Part shown: in pieces, positions 10,504 to 21,834 of the stretch
How the letters are laid out: every line of letters starts with the position of its first letter
Numbering within the stretch: position 1 is the stretch's first letter
Assembly (NCBI GenBank): GCA_002811645.1
Contig: PDIP01000060.1
Span: forward strand, 1-64,000
Reading direction: 5' to 3'
Source of the DNA: Corallochytrium limacisporum Hawaii
Taxonomy: Eukaryota > Protista > Pluriformea
DNA: 64,000 nt
Translations under genes and position numbers: made by a program
Notes under the pieces: model-generated
What the model was told of the DNA's origin: nothing
The model's database searches: none
What the model saw: the letters and a program-made list of their open reading frames with translations, nothing else

Positions 10504-11391
10504 ATGGGTAGTATCATCCCCAAACTGAGCCAGCAGAGTATGGCTGACGTCTCACAGCCAATCCGTCTGTGTCCAGCATGGGTCGTCAAGGACTTTTGGG
10601 ACAATGTGGAGACCCACAATGTGATGGCCACCGACAGCGCGCACACCACTACTGATCGGCTTGATGAAGACCGCCCGGCGCTTGCACGAAAATTTCTAGA
10701 ACACTACGTACCTTCCAAAATCAATGCGCACACAGTTAATCGTATACCGCTGCCGCAAGTGGTCCGGTTAACGATGAAGGGCAGTTTTCGTCTTCGAGGC
10801 GTCTGGTACGAATTTACCGCCGAAGAGTTCATCGAGTTCGACCGTGGTTTCCACTGGCATGCACAGATCAATATGGAGCCCTGGTTGTGGATCACTGGCT
10901 TCGATCGCATGGTTCATGGCAATGCGGAAATGAATTGGTACCTCTACAACCTCTTCTCTACCGTGCATGTTGCCAACGAAAAGGATATTGACCACAGCGC
11001 TGCGGGTCGAATGGCAGGTGAGTTCCTGATGTTCCCAGCAGTTCTGAACCGTGGCAATGTGCAGTGGCATGAGGGATCACATGAAGAGGGCAAGATTAGA
11101 TGCACAGTCACGACACAGGGATTCCCGCACGATCTCACACTGACCGTCGACTCAGACAGCGGTCGCCTTAGGAGCGCCAGTTACCTGCGCTGGGGCGATC
11201 CGGAAGAGCAGGGAGTGTGGGACTACCGCAGCTTCGGCGTCTACATCGACGACGAGAAGGAATTCGATAATCTTCCTGGCTACGTAGTGCCCACCAAGCT
11301 AAGGGCCGGGTGGTACTTTGACGACACGGACCGTTTCGAGTCAGACGGGTTCTTCTTTGACGTGAATATCCTCTCCGTGGAGGCAAAGTAA
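10504..11391 (+). CDS. DUF6544/DUF6920-like protein of unknown function (family mainly bacterial)
   Basis: 295-aa ORF with the family pattern VRLTMKGSFRL..WYEFTAEEF...GFHWHAQI...ITGFDR...EMNWYLYNLF...IDHSAAGRMAGEFLMFPAVL...VQW...GYVVPT...AGW, recognised from memory. Confidence 0.72.
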   Translation: MGSIIPKLSQQSMADVSQPIRLCPAWVVKDFWDNVETHNVMATDSAHTTTDRLDEDRPALARKFLEHYVPSKINAHTVNRIPLPQVVRLTMKGSFRLRGVWYEFTAEEFIEFDRGFHWHAQINMEPWLWITGFDRMVHGNAEMNWYLYNLFSTVHVANEKDIDHSAAGRMAGEFLMFPAVLNRGNVQWHEGSHEEGKIRCTVTTQGFPHDLTLTVDSDSGRLRSASYLRWGDPEEQGVWDYRSFGVYIDDEKEFDNLPGYVVPTKLRAGWYFDDTDRFESDGFFFDVNILSVEAK

Positions 11392-13187
11392 ATCATAAAA
11401 ATAAGGGGTCAGTGTTATTCACCAGCGCCCAAAGCTTTCCTTTCCTCCTTTAAAAGAATGTTAAATATTATACACAATCTCTTACCCGTTGGCAGTGGTA
11501 CTACTCGACCTTACAGACCTCAACAAGACCAAAGGTCTGCGCCATTTCTCATAAGTGCACAATCTATGTCCCAGCTTGAAGAATTTGACTTCCGTTCACC
11601 GGGAAATGGATGGATGACCCCTCGCACGAATCCACACCCCTGCCCACGGAAGTGCCAACCCACCCAAACCCTAAACCCCCAAACTGACCGAGCCAGTCTC
11701 TGTACAGCTCCACATTGCGCTCCCAACCCCCTAGCCACTCCCAACCCCCCCAACCCCCCCACTCCCCCCCTTCGCTTTCTTGCACGATAAAAACACGAGG
11801 AAAAGAAGGCCAAAACAGCCCCTCCCTTTGGAGAAGCCCTTTCCCGGTCAATCGAAGATCAGCGCTTTTGCCGTATCTCCCCCCTGTACCCGGAAGTAAA
11901 GGAAGGGGGGTGGGAGGCCCGTTCCCAGTGAGTGAGTGGCTGAGGGCTACCAGTTGGCTACGGGGAGTAATCCCTTTTCGGACACGATTTCTGTGTGACC
12001 GCAGGGCGGGTGCCGCGGTAATTGCTGCAATTAAGGTATGCCCAAGGTTAGCAACATTTCTTGCTCATTTGAACATCCGGTGAGTTTCCGACTAGTCACT
12101 CGCCCACATTGCGACGTGACTTGGGGGAGTCTGCTTGCTGCAAGCTATTCAAGACGGTCCGCTGAGATTCTTTTTGCACAAAGACTACAACCTTACATAG
12201 GATAGGAATTACTTTGTACCAAGTAAGGAACGATACGAGATTTTATTTCGCGTGGGCACACAAAGATGTGGATGCCAGAGTACTGAAGCACTACTTCCAA
12301 GGACAGAGTACCATGGACAAAAGCGATGAAAAGTTCGGTTCCATTGACATCTTGTGCATGATGTCAATTAGCGAACATCGAGCAGTTCGGTACTGGTAGG
12401 AGTTAAAAGGGTGTGTTGGGGGCAAGGCTCGCGGCTGTCCGAGGTCAAAATTCACTTGAAACACAAACGCAAGCAACCCACAGCCAGCACCAACAGCCGC
12501 CGGAGCAACCAGTGGCCCACGGAATACCTAGTACCTTACGCAAACAGTTTCACTTTCTGATCGTTGACCCACCACCACCGGAGTTAAAAGTTGGAAGGCA
12601 AGTGACCAGCGGCGGCGGTGCGCAACACAATATCTTGCCACTCCATTGCGGGCAGTTTCAGCGCAGAAATCGACCTGTATATCCGGCGCGGCCACATTGA
12701 AGTTGTGCAAAAGCCCAGCAACAGCTCCCGAGAAAAATGATGTGGTGGGGCCCCGTCAACGGAATGAAGGATAAAACAGAACTCATTCGGACACACGCAA
12801 CTTTGCTCTATCGTCCGGGGGCAGGGACCACACTGTTAGGGGTCAAAGGAAAACACAGACTTAGGGATCATACATTCACTATTAGGTCTGCCCCAATTGG
12901 TCCCGAGACCTTGTCTTGTGAGGGATTGAGACAGGAGCCAGGGAGCACGAGAGACCCATGTCCTGCTGGCAGCCACCTCGACAACGCTCCAGGAATATGA
13001 TGAAAGGGGACTGGTCACGTCCGTGTCCGCTAGTTCCTTTGTGCCCATGTGTAGTAACAGTACAGGACCATAAAATACTTCACTGGGTACTTCATTGATC
13101 ACTGCGCAGTGCTATAGAATGGGGGCCCAAATCTGTACATTCTGTGTAATTTTCTATAGAGCACTTCAGAAAAGCAGGCAGAAAAAG

Positions 13188-14882
13188 ATGGTTCGTCTCA
13201 CCGCCGCAGTGCGCAGTGCTGCAAAGAGTTTCGATTATGTCATCGTTGGTGGTGGCAGTGCCGGCTGTGTCATGGCCAACCGTCTGAGCTCTGATCCCCG
13301 GAACAGTGTGCTGCTCGTCGAGGCTGGACCTGAGGACAATAGCTCCTTGATCCAGATGCCAATGGGTTATTGCTATCTGGTCCCTTTCTCCAAGAAGTAC
13401 AATTGGCAGTTTGAGACCGCTCCTGCAGAGAACGTCGGGGGGCGCAAGCTATTCTGGCCGCGTGGCAAGGGTCTGGGGGGATCTTCGTCCATCAACGGCA
13501 TGATCTACATTCGCGGAAACAAGTGGGACTACGATAACTGGGCCGCCCATGGCTGTGATGGCTGGGACTACGAGAGTATGCTCCAGTGCTTCCGCAGCAC
13601 CGAAAACCACTCTGAAGGTGCCAACAAGTACCATGGTAAGAACAAATATGGCATTGCCACCAGCAAGTACGATGGCTATGAGTACAAGCCGATCAAGGCC
13701 TGGCAACAAGCCATGATGAACTCTGGCTATGCGTGGAACGACGACTTCAATGGAGAGAGTCAGTACGGTGTAGGCCAATATGACTGTACTGTTGCGAACG
13801 GCGAGCGATGCTCGGCTGCCAAAGGCTTCCTCACTCCGATCAAGGATCGTCCCAACCTGACGATCATGACCGAACGCCTGTGCGCCAAGGTCAACGTAGA
13901 AGGCGACAGGGCCACCGGTGTCGAACTCCTCAAGGCCGGCTCATCCTCGCAGCAGACTGAAACCATCCATGCCGGAGAGGTGATTCTCAGTGCCGGAGCC
14001 GTGCAGACCCCGCAGATTCTGCAGCTCTCTGGTATTGGTCCACGAGCGGAATTGGAACGCCATGGCATTGACGTGAAGCACCATCTGCCCGGAGTGGGGC
14101 AGAACCTGCAGGATCACTTCCAGATCTTCATCAATGCCGAAGTCAACACCGGCGACACCATTTGCTGGCACCCCAGCGTGCTGCCGACCACTCTCAAGGG
14201 TATCTACGACTATGTTTCCGCCCGAAAGGGCTTGCTTTCAGACTGGGGTCCCGGTGCCGCTTTCTACAGCACCGACCCGTCCCTGCCGGCTCCTGACATT
14301 CAGATTCACTTCAGTCCTGCCAACTATCAGGACCACGGCAAGAAGGTGGCAATGCAGCATGGCTGTGCTGTTAGTGTCTGTCCCATGCGGCCATACTCCC
14401 GCGGAGCCATTGGTCTGAACTCTGCCAATCCCCGAGACGCCCCGTACATTGACAGCCAGTACCTCTCAGACCAACGGGATGTTGCAGTGTTGAAGAAGGG
14501 CATGCAAATGCAGCTTGAAGTCTTGCGGGACCCTGCCATTGCTTCCCTCATAACGAAGTACCAGGTGCCAGACAAGAACCCGGTCACGGATGATGAATTG
14601 GACAAAGTAATTGAAAACAGTGGTGAGACGCTCTACCACCCTGTCGGCACTGCCAAGATGGGCAAAGATGACATGTCGGTAACAGATCCAAATGGCCTGG
14701 CCGTCCACGGCATGAAGGGTCTGCGTGTCATCGACGCCTCTATCATGCCTTTCCTGGTCTCTGGCAACACGAATGCTCCTACTATTGCCATTGCTGAGAA
14801 TGCAGCCAAGATGATTATGGGGGTCAAATCCTTTGTCAACGACGAAGGCGTATCTGACGACCCAATGGCCGCCGCTGCCTAA
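13188..14882 (+). CDS. GMC oxidoreductase, AlkJ-like alcohol dehydrogenase, copy 1
   Basis: FAD motif FDYVIVGGGSAG, PRGKGLGGSSSING, GVGQNLQDH, catalytic YHPVGT and SGNTNAPT. Start placed at ATG 13188 because MVRLT matches the starts of copies 2 and 3. Confidence 0.93.
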   Translation: MVRLTAAVRSAAKSFDYVIVGGGSAGCVMANRLSSDPRNSVLLVEAGPEDNSSLIQMPMGYCYLVPFSKKYNWQFETAPAENVGGRKLFWPRGKGLGGSSSINGMIYIRGNKWDYDNWAAHGCDGWDYESMLQCFRSTENHSEGANKYHGKNKYGIATSKYDGYEYKPIKAWQQAMMNSGYAWNDDFNGESQYGVGQYDCTVANGERCSAAKGFLTPIKDRPNLTIMTERLCAKVNVEGDRATGVELLKAGSSSQQTETIHAGEVILSAGAVQTPQILQLSGIGPRAELERHGIDVKHHLPGVGQNLQDHFQIFINAEVNTGDTICWHPSVLPTTLKGIYDYVSARKGLLSDWGPGAAFYSTDPSLPAPDIQIHFSPANYQDHGKKVAMQHGCAVSVCPMRPYSRGAIGLNSANPRDAPYIDSQYLSDQRDVAVLKKGMQMQLEVLRDPAIASLITKYQVPDKNPVTDDELDKVIENSGETLYHPVGTAKMGKDDMSVTDPNGLAVHGMKGLRVIDASIMPFLVSGNTNAPTIAIAENAAKMIMGVKSFVNDEGVSDDPMAAAA

Positions 14883-15629
14883 GAACACATCACAAGTCCA
14901 TTGTTCATTAAAAGATTTAGCCGTGTACCCCAATTGCACCGTGTACCAAATTCGCATCCATCGGCCGATGCTGATGACACAAACCACACACTCCTGCGGA
15001 TACGCATCCCTTCAGGGCATGATGTGTTCGGTCCCTAAGAACTGCAACGGATACATTTCCAATAGAGGCAGTCCAACGCCCCGACGAATAAGATGGTGAA
15101 ACGTGCAGTAGTTGTTCCCTTCTGTTGGAAGTATCCAAGTGCGGTGGAAAATCAGAGCTGAAAACAGGGTTACGCAATAGCATGGAATGTCCATCATCGC
15201 CGCTCGGTTGCTATCAACATACGCAAGGATGACCCGTTTTGTGTATTATGTTCAAATGCCTATGACTTGACCGAGCCACAGAAACCCATACCTTAATACC
15301 GGTGCAAACCCAAAAACCGAACGACAAAGAGGACTTCGAAAGCAAACAAACCGATGCCTCGTTCTACTCATCATCAACATTTGCGGCTCCACGGTTGGCA
15401 GAAATCAGGCGCCGTGAGATAGAAGATGGCAAAAAACGTGGCAGTCAGCCAGTGGGGTCACACATTCGATTCCTTGCGCCGTACTCAATGTACCGCAATA
15501 AAAGGCCCACGGATGCTGTGAATTATCAGCGCGAGAGAACAATATGGACCCCAGCGGGCAACGCAATGCCAACATACGAAAGAGAAACCGGGGATTGGGA
15601 GAAGCGGCGCTGCTGCTTATGCCGCACTC

Positions 15630-17277
15630 CCCCAAAAAACCCCCCCCCCCTCTCCCTTCCTTCCTTTCTTTTCTCCTTCCCCGGGCCCCCCTCCCCGGGG
15701 GGGAGGGGGGAGAGAGAGAGTGTGTGTGTCCTCCAATCCAAGATGTTGTCCACCTCACCGTGCACTGCAGTGTCTTTCATGTCCAGGTATACCCGCCGGG
15801 ACAATAAAACCCCCTAGAAGCAAAGAGAAAGGGGGGCCATTTCCCTTTTTTTTTCGTATTTTCCGGAGTCTTTTGTCAGCGTTGTGCCTTGTCACCTCGC
15901 CTCCGGAGCCTCCCTCTTTTCCTCCTCCCCGCTGGCTTTTTTTTTTCCCGCCGGCTGGGAAATGTTTCAGCTTCCCAGCTCTCTCTCTCTCTTTTTCTCC
16001 CTCTCTCTCTCTCTTGTGCTCTATGTCTCTCTATCGCGCTCTGCTCTCTCTTCGTTTTGCCTAACCCCCCCCCGTCTCCCCCCGGGGGGAGGGGGTCCTT
16101 TCCTCCCTTCCACTTCCTTTGTCCACACCTCCACGTTCGGACTTCCCATCCATCCTTAAGACACTTAGCCACCACCGATTCGAAATCTCCTTTACTTGGG
16201 AACGGGTTCACTTTTTTTTTCCTTCGCGATTTGGCTTCTAACTTGCACCGTCCACGGCGACTGTGGCTCCCGCCGGGCAGGGGGATTGGGCACGCATGAG
16301 TGTGAATGTGGGTGTCTGATTAACATGTTTCGTCATAGTCTCACTACCTGTTCGGCAGGGTGTCGAGTGTTGTCCGTCAGTTCCCCTATACCATCTTCGG
16401 AAGGGGGGTGGCAAAAAACAAACAGAGGGGCGGCGCGGCTGGACCGAAGCGATGATGGCAAAAAGTGGCTGCCCGGCCATAGAAAATTAATTCAAAGGAA
16501 GAATTAGCAGCATAACAAAGGACGTCCAAAACACCACCTCCCTCCTCCCCTTTTGAAGGGATCAACCACACCCTGTGCTCGTGCTGCTTACACACAGGCA
16601 CAACACATATCCGCGATTGCGCAGAAAGAAAGCCGTTACCAATTGGCTATAGTGGAAGAATCCGGGGTTTACGGAGGGAAAAGAAGGAGGGGGGGGGGGG
16701 GGGAGGAGGAAGAACAAGGGTGTACGTAAGGGTATGCCCCGCAACAGCGGTTCGGTGCGGAACGGGTGATACCCATCGCCGTTTTCCCAGAGATGGAGAA
16801 AAACATGGTAGACAAAGTACCAAGAGACAGAGAGAGAGGGGAGGACGGGGTGGTGAGGGAGAAGTACTTCAGTGTTTCTTGTGCTCTCCATTTCCTTTTT
16901 TTTTCTTCTTGTTCTTATCATCTCTGATCCTTCCTTCCTTCCCACTGCTCCATCTCGGATTCCTCTCAAACTCACATTTGCTGCAGTAGGGGCTTACAGG
17001 TGGATGATTTTGGTTTTAAATTTCTTAACGGAATGTGTTTGTGTATCGAACGGGCTCTGTCGCGCCATCTACACACCAGGAAGGAGCACGGGTTTTGGTG
17101 GAACCGGGGGAAAAGATGGAAAAAAACGGAGGAACGCATAGTGAGAGTACGTGGCGCCGGTGACGATGTTGCATGGGTGAGCAGACTGAAATCGGTCCTT
17201 AAATGGAGCGCAGCGGCACGGTACACAATGAATGGTCGGGAGGTTTTGGTGTGCAAAAACTCGCAATGTTTTTTTTT

Positions 17278-17316
<39 letters not shown>

Positions 17317-17683
17317 GTGCCTTGTGTTTTTCTCCCGTCGTTTTCTTTTGGATCCACCCCCCCCCTCCACCAACCCCCTTCCCCAGGGCGAGTTGTTGGT
17401 TGGTTTGGAGAGAGTCCGTGCCTTGTTTATATCTATGGGTGTGTATAGCACTGGCTGGCACGCTCATGGGACACCTACCCGCACGCATCACCCAACAAAC
17501 ACTCACATCCACACTCACATCCACGCACACGCACACGTCCACGCTCACGCAGTGCGTACCCAAACACAAGATGCTCGGAGAAAAAGACCCCCGTGTGCGG
17601 TTCCTAGCGCCTGTCCGAAGCCACTCGTTTTTGACCCACAATGAACTGCGATTTTTGTGTGCGGATGATAACCCCGGTGGCAG

Positions 17684-17717
<34 letters not shown>

Positions 17718-17765
17718 CACAGGCAGGGAGGTTTGCAAGGTGAGAGCCCCGCGGAGGGGAAGGGG
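15630..17765. repeat. Low-complexity island: C/G homopolymers plus (CT)n, (GA)n and (CA)-rich microsatellites
   Basis: (CT)n about 15977-16030 and 17284-17316; (GA)n about 17686-17715; many C or G runs of 7 or more. Confidence 0.85.
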
Positions 17766-18032
17766 CCCCAAGTGGACCTCGGCAGTGTTTGGGACGTGGA
17801 TCCGATGGAAATTAAGGTATCGATAAAATTTTGATTTGATCGCACGGATATAATGACTTCCTATGACCCGTATCGGTCTTTGTGGATGCTTGGCGTCTTT
17901 CGCCTACGCTTTCTCGGACAAGGTATATCAAGAGATCGTCTGCACACAGAACGGTGTGGAATCGCCATTGCAGAACACTGATATTTCTGAGATTCTCAGA
18001 GTATAACACGATAGTCAAGAACACATTTTATC

Positions 18033-19727
18033 ATGGTGAGATTGACCTCCATAGCGCGCAGCGCTGCAAAGAGCTTTGACTATGTCATCGTCGGTGGTGG
18101 CAGTGCTGGCTGTGTGATGGCGAACCGTCTGAGCTCTGATCCCAGTAAGACTGTCTGCCTGGTTGAAGCAGGACCCGAGGACGACAGCTTCCTGATCGAG
18201 TTCCCTTGGGGCTACTGGACGCAGGTGGCCTTCTTGTCAAAGTACAATTGGCGATTTGAGACCGCCCCCGCAGAAAATGCCGGCGGACGTAGAATGTACT
18301 GGCCACGTGGCAAAGGCCTCGGTGGATCTTCGGCCATCAACGGCATGATCTACATTCGCGGCAACAAGTGGGACTACGACAACTGGGCCGCCCACGGTTG
18401 CGAAGGCTGGGACTACGAGAACATGCTCAAGTGCTTCCGTAGCACTGAAAACCACTCTGAAGGTGCCAACAAGTTCCATGGTAAGAACAAATATGGTATC
18501 GCTACCACCCCGTACAAGGGTGTTGAATTTAAGCCTACTGAGGCATGGCAGAAGGCCATGCTCAACGCAGGTCACAAGTGGAACGATGACTTCAATGCCG
18601 AAGATCAATATGGTGTAGGTGACTATCACACGACTATCAGTGACGCGAGGCGATGCTCTTCAGCCCGTGGTTTCCTCCATCCCATCCGTGACCGTCCCAA
18701 TCTGACCGTTCTGACTGGTCGGATGTGCGCCAAGGTGAATGTTGATGGAAACAAGGCCACCGGTGTGGAGCTCATGAAGACGAAATCCTCCTCTCTGCAG
18801 ACTGAAACCATCAACGCTGGAGAAGTTATTCTCAGCGCCGGCGCCGTGCAGTCCCCTCAGATTTTGCAGCTGTCCGGTATCGGACCACGCGCGGAACTTG
18901 AACGCCACGGCATTGAAGTGAAGCACCATCTGCCCGGCGTGGGCCAGAATCTCCAAGACCACTACCAAGTCTTCATCAATACCGAGGTTAACACCGGCGA
19001 TAGCATCTGTCTGGACCCTGCTTCTTGGCCTCGCATGCTTAAAGGTTTCTACGACTGGCACACCACCAAGACAGGCATTCTCGCGTCCTGGCGAGCCGGT
19101 GGCGCGTTTTACAGCACCGATCCTTCTGAACCAGCTCCGGACACTCAAATTCACTTTGCCCACGCCAACTACCAGGATCATGGCAAGAAGGTAGCATTGG
19201 AGCATGGCTGCGCCGTCAGTGTCTGTCCCATGCGGCCTTACTCCCGTGGTTCGATTGGTCTGTTCTCTACCAATCCTCGGGATGTCCCGTACATTGATAG
19301 TCAGTATCTGTCAGACCCACGCGACGAGGAAGTCCTGTTGAAGGGTCTCAAGATGCAACTGGAGGTTCTGCAGGATCCTGCCTTCGCGAGCATCGTCACC
19401 AAATATCTGCTTCCGAGCGCGAACTCAGTTTCCGATGACGAGCTTCGTAAGGTCATCCGTGAGCATGGAGAGTCCCTATACCACCCTGTTGGTACTGCAA
19501 AGATGGGTCACGATGACATGTCCGTAACGGACCCCAATGGTCTGGCTGTTCACGGCATGAAGGGTCTGCGTGTCATTGACGCCTCCATCATGCCTTTCTT
19601 GGTCTCTGGTAACACAAATGCTCCTACCATTGCCATTGCTGAGAATGCAGCCAAGATGATGCTGAACGTCGACTCCTTTGTCACTGAAGACGGCGAGCCT
19701 GAGGCTCCGGCCTCAGCGGTTGCGTAG
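18033..19727 (+). CDS. GMC oxidoreductase, AlkJ-like alcohol dehydrogenase, copy 2
   Basis: Same motifs, 564 aa, colinear with copy 1. Confidence 0.95.
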   Translation: MVRLTSIARSAAKSFDYVIVGGGSAGCVMANRLSSDPSKTVCLVEAGPEDDSFLIEFPWGYWTQVAFLSKYNWRFETAPAENAGGRRMYWPRGKGLGGSSAINGMIYIRGNKWDYDNWAAHGCEGWDYENMLKCFRSTENHSEGANKFHGKNKYGIATTPYKGVEFKPTEAWQKAMLNAGHKWNDDFNAEDQYGVGDYHTTISDARRCSSARGFLHPIRDRPNLTVLTGRMCAKVNVDGNKATGVELMKTKSSSLQTETINAGEVILSAGAVQSPQILQLSGIGPRAELERHGIEVKHHLPGVGQNLQDHYQVFINTEVNTGDSICLDPASWPRMLKGFYDWHTTKTGILASWRAGGAFYSTDPSEPAPDTQIHFAHANYQDHGKKVALEHGCAVSVCPMRPYSRGSIGLFSTNPRDVPYIDSQYLSDPRDEEVLLKGLKMQLEVLQDPAFASIVTKYLLPSANSVSDDELRKVIREHGESLYHPVGTAKMGHDDMSVTDPNGLAVHGMKGLRVIDASIMPFLVSGNTNAPTIAIAENAAKMMLNVDSFVTEDGEPEAPASAVA

Positions 19728-20054
19728 TGGATCAGCGCATATCATTGATCATTAAAGACTTAACTTGTACCACAATCACATCCCACTTCATCAAGTCGCA
19801 TACTCACATGTACTCACACCATTCACACACATGTCCATGCATGTCCCCGTTACGATCCTAAGAACTAACTGAAAGAACCATTTTGATTTCCACCCCGAAA
19901 AGCAGCTGCACTCATTGTGGCCACCGCCAGTGGTTCCCCCTCCCCGCCATTCCCGGCCCGGAACCCAAGCGAAGGGGCGGCAGTGCCTGGGTGCCGCGTT
20001 AACCCACACTGCCCGTTGTTAGTTTTCGAAAACGAAAACCGGGAGGGGGGGGGG

Positions 20055-20100
20055 NNNNNNNNNNNNNNNNNNNNNNNNNNNNNNNNNNNNNNNNNNNNNN
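20055..20100. other. Assembly gap (N run)
   Basis: Ns between poly-G runs. Confidence 0.99.
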
Positions 20101-21615
20101 GGGGGGGAGGGGGGGAAGAGAGTGGAGCGAGTCCGAATGACTTTCGTCGTTTCCTTGCGCACTTTGCGCCCAATGCGTAAGCCCCAGACCCCTTCCCCTT
20201 CACCGGGAGCCGAAAGGACCACAAAAGGGACACGTACGCGCGCACTCACCGAAGGGGCCCAAGCTGGAATGTTTTTCGCAAAACACGCTAACACCGCGCT
20301 GTGAGACAAAGCCAAAAGCAACCCTTTCCGCGTCGCATCCGACACGGAGGGAAAAAGGAAGGGAAGGGAGGGGGCACGCTTGGGTCTTGGGTCAGGCAGG
20401 CATTTCCTCCTCCAACCCCGAGGGGGGGGGCCCTCCCCTTTCCCCCCGGGGGGGGGGGCCCCCCCCTTTCCCCGGGGGGGGGGGGGGGGTTCCTTTCGCT
20501 GGGCCTGACGGCCCCGCGACCGTTGGAGTGTATTTTAGGAAACATTCAGAATCACACCTCCGGCTTGAAAACCGTACGTACGCACACCCCGCACGGGCTA
20601 CCATCCCCTCCCGCGGGCTTCGGGATTTGTTTCCCCCGACTTCCAAAACGTCCTAACTGTAACTATGGGAAATTGACCCACTGTGACCAAGGTGTTCACA
20701 TTTTGTTGCAAAATTCTGAATTCACCGCCATGGCGGGAACCGGATAAAAAGGAAATGAGGGGGATTTGAGAGGTGGTTGCGAAAAATTCACTCTCTACGG
20801 GGCCCGATTATATAGTCAACGTATGTTATTTATTTGTCCGCACCTAAAGATATCTCCCAGATCGATCCTGAGTACCCTATGAGCTCCTTGTACCCTATAA
20901 ACTCCTTGTAACAACAGAGACCAACAACACAACACGCGGCAAGCGCCGCCGCCACCGCCGAACAACTGATGCGTCCAGTGAGCATGCTGAGCCACATCTG
21001 CGGGCTTGGTGGACACTCTTCCAAAACAGAAGCTCGATAGACGAAACCGAATACACGGAATGGTAACCGATATTGCAGGACACACCCGTCCCCATCACAC
21101 TAGATTTGCAGCGAGAGGTACGCTGAATGGATGAGTAAGGACGACAACAGAAAGGGACAGTGTTTATAAAGTGTCTTCGTAGTGAATCAAGCTGAAGGAC
21201 ATGTTGAGGGGTTACAAAGATTGTGTGTCGTGAGGTTGCTGTATGCATGTTATAGCAAGCATATGATGCTGGCACAGGGGCTTGACGCAAAAAGGGGGAC
21301 CCAGTCGTGCCACTCCCCCCCCCCCCTTTTGGATGAATGAACGCTTTAATGAAGTACCGCGGTACCCAGCACTACAGTCCATGAAATAGGGGCTGATACA
21401 AGCCTGTTTTGTTTCCTTTTACTTCTCCTTTCCTACCTCTTTGTTGTTCAGCTGACTTTGAGAAATCGGAGAAACTATGTGACATAGGAATTCTACACAA
21501 TTATGCACATTAAAGTTGTTCAAAACCCCGGGAGGAGGTGGAGGTTGTACGGGTGCTTGTGGGCCTGCCTGTTTGGATGCCCTAGGCTGGGCTTGTGTGC
21601 CAACGGGGGGGCTTC

Positions 21616-21667
21616 TGATCGCACCATTGGCTCCGTCTCCTTGATCGCACCATTGGCTCCGTCTCCT
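21616..21667 (+). repeat. Perfect 26-bp tandem duplication upstream of GMC copy 3
   Basis: TGATCGCACCATTGGCTCCGTCTCCT twice; each unit carries ATTGG (inverted CCAAT). Confidence 0.92.
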
Positions 21668-21834
21668 TCTGATTCATACCGCCTCTAGTTGATTATATCG
21701 TTGTCAATAAAAAAAGACTCTGAAGCTAGATCAAGAGATCATGCCGCAGAGAGCGGTAATGATCCGCCACTACCGATTCTTCATAATTCTATCCTGCCGA
21801 GGTTCGGAGGGTAATTGCATTAGAGAGACTAATC

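Noticed and set aside
12670-13030. APDIQVDF (GMC-like, minus strand) and EYDERGLVTSV (YD-repeat-like, plus strand)
   Set aside because: Isolated short matches with no flanking similarity.
13095-13187. 31-aa N-terminal extension of GMC copy 1 in the ORF track
   Set aside because: Begins at a non-ATG codon, and both paralogues begin at MVRLT.
15178-15236. U6 snRNA-like words TAGCATGG and CGCAAGGATGAC
   Set aside because: About 35 nt apart, with no ACAGAGA box or intervening CCCCTG; probably chance.
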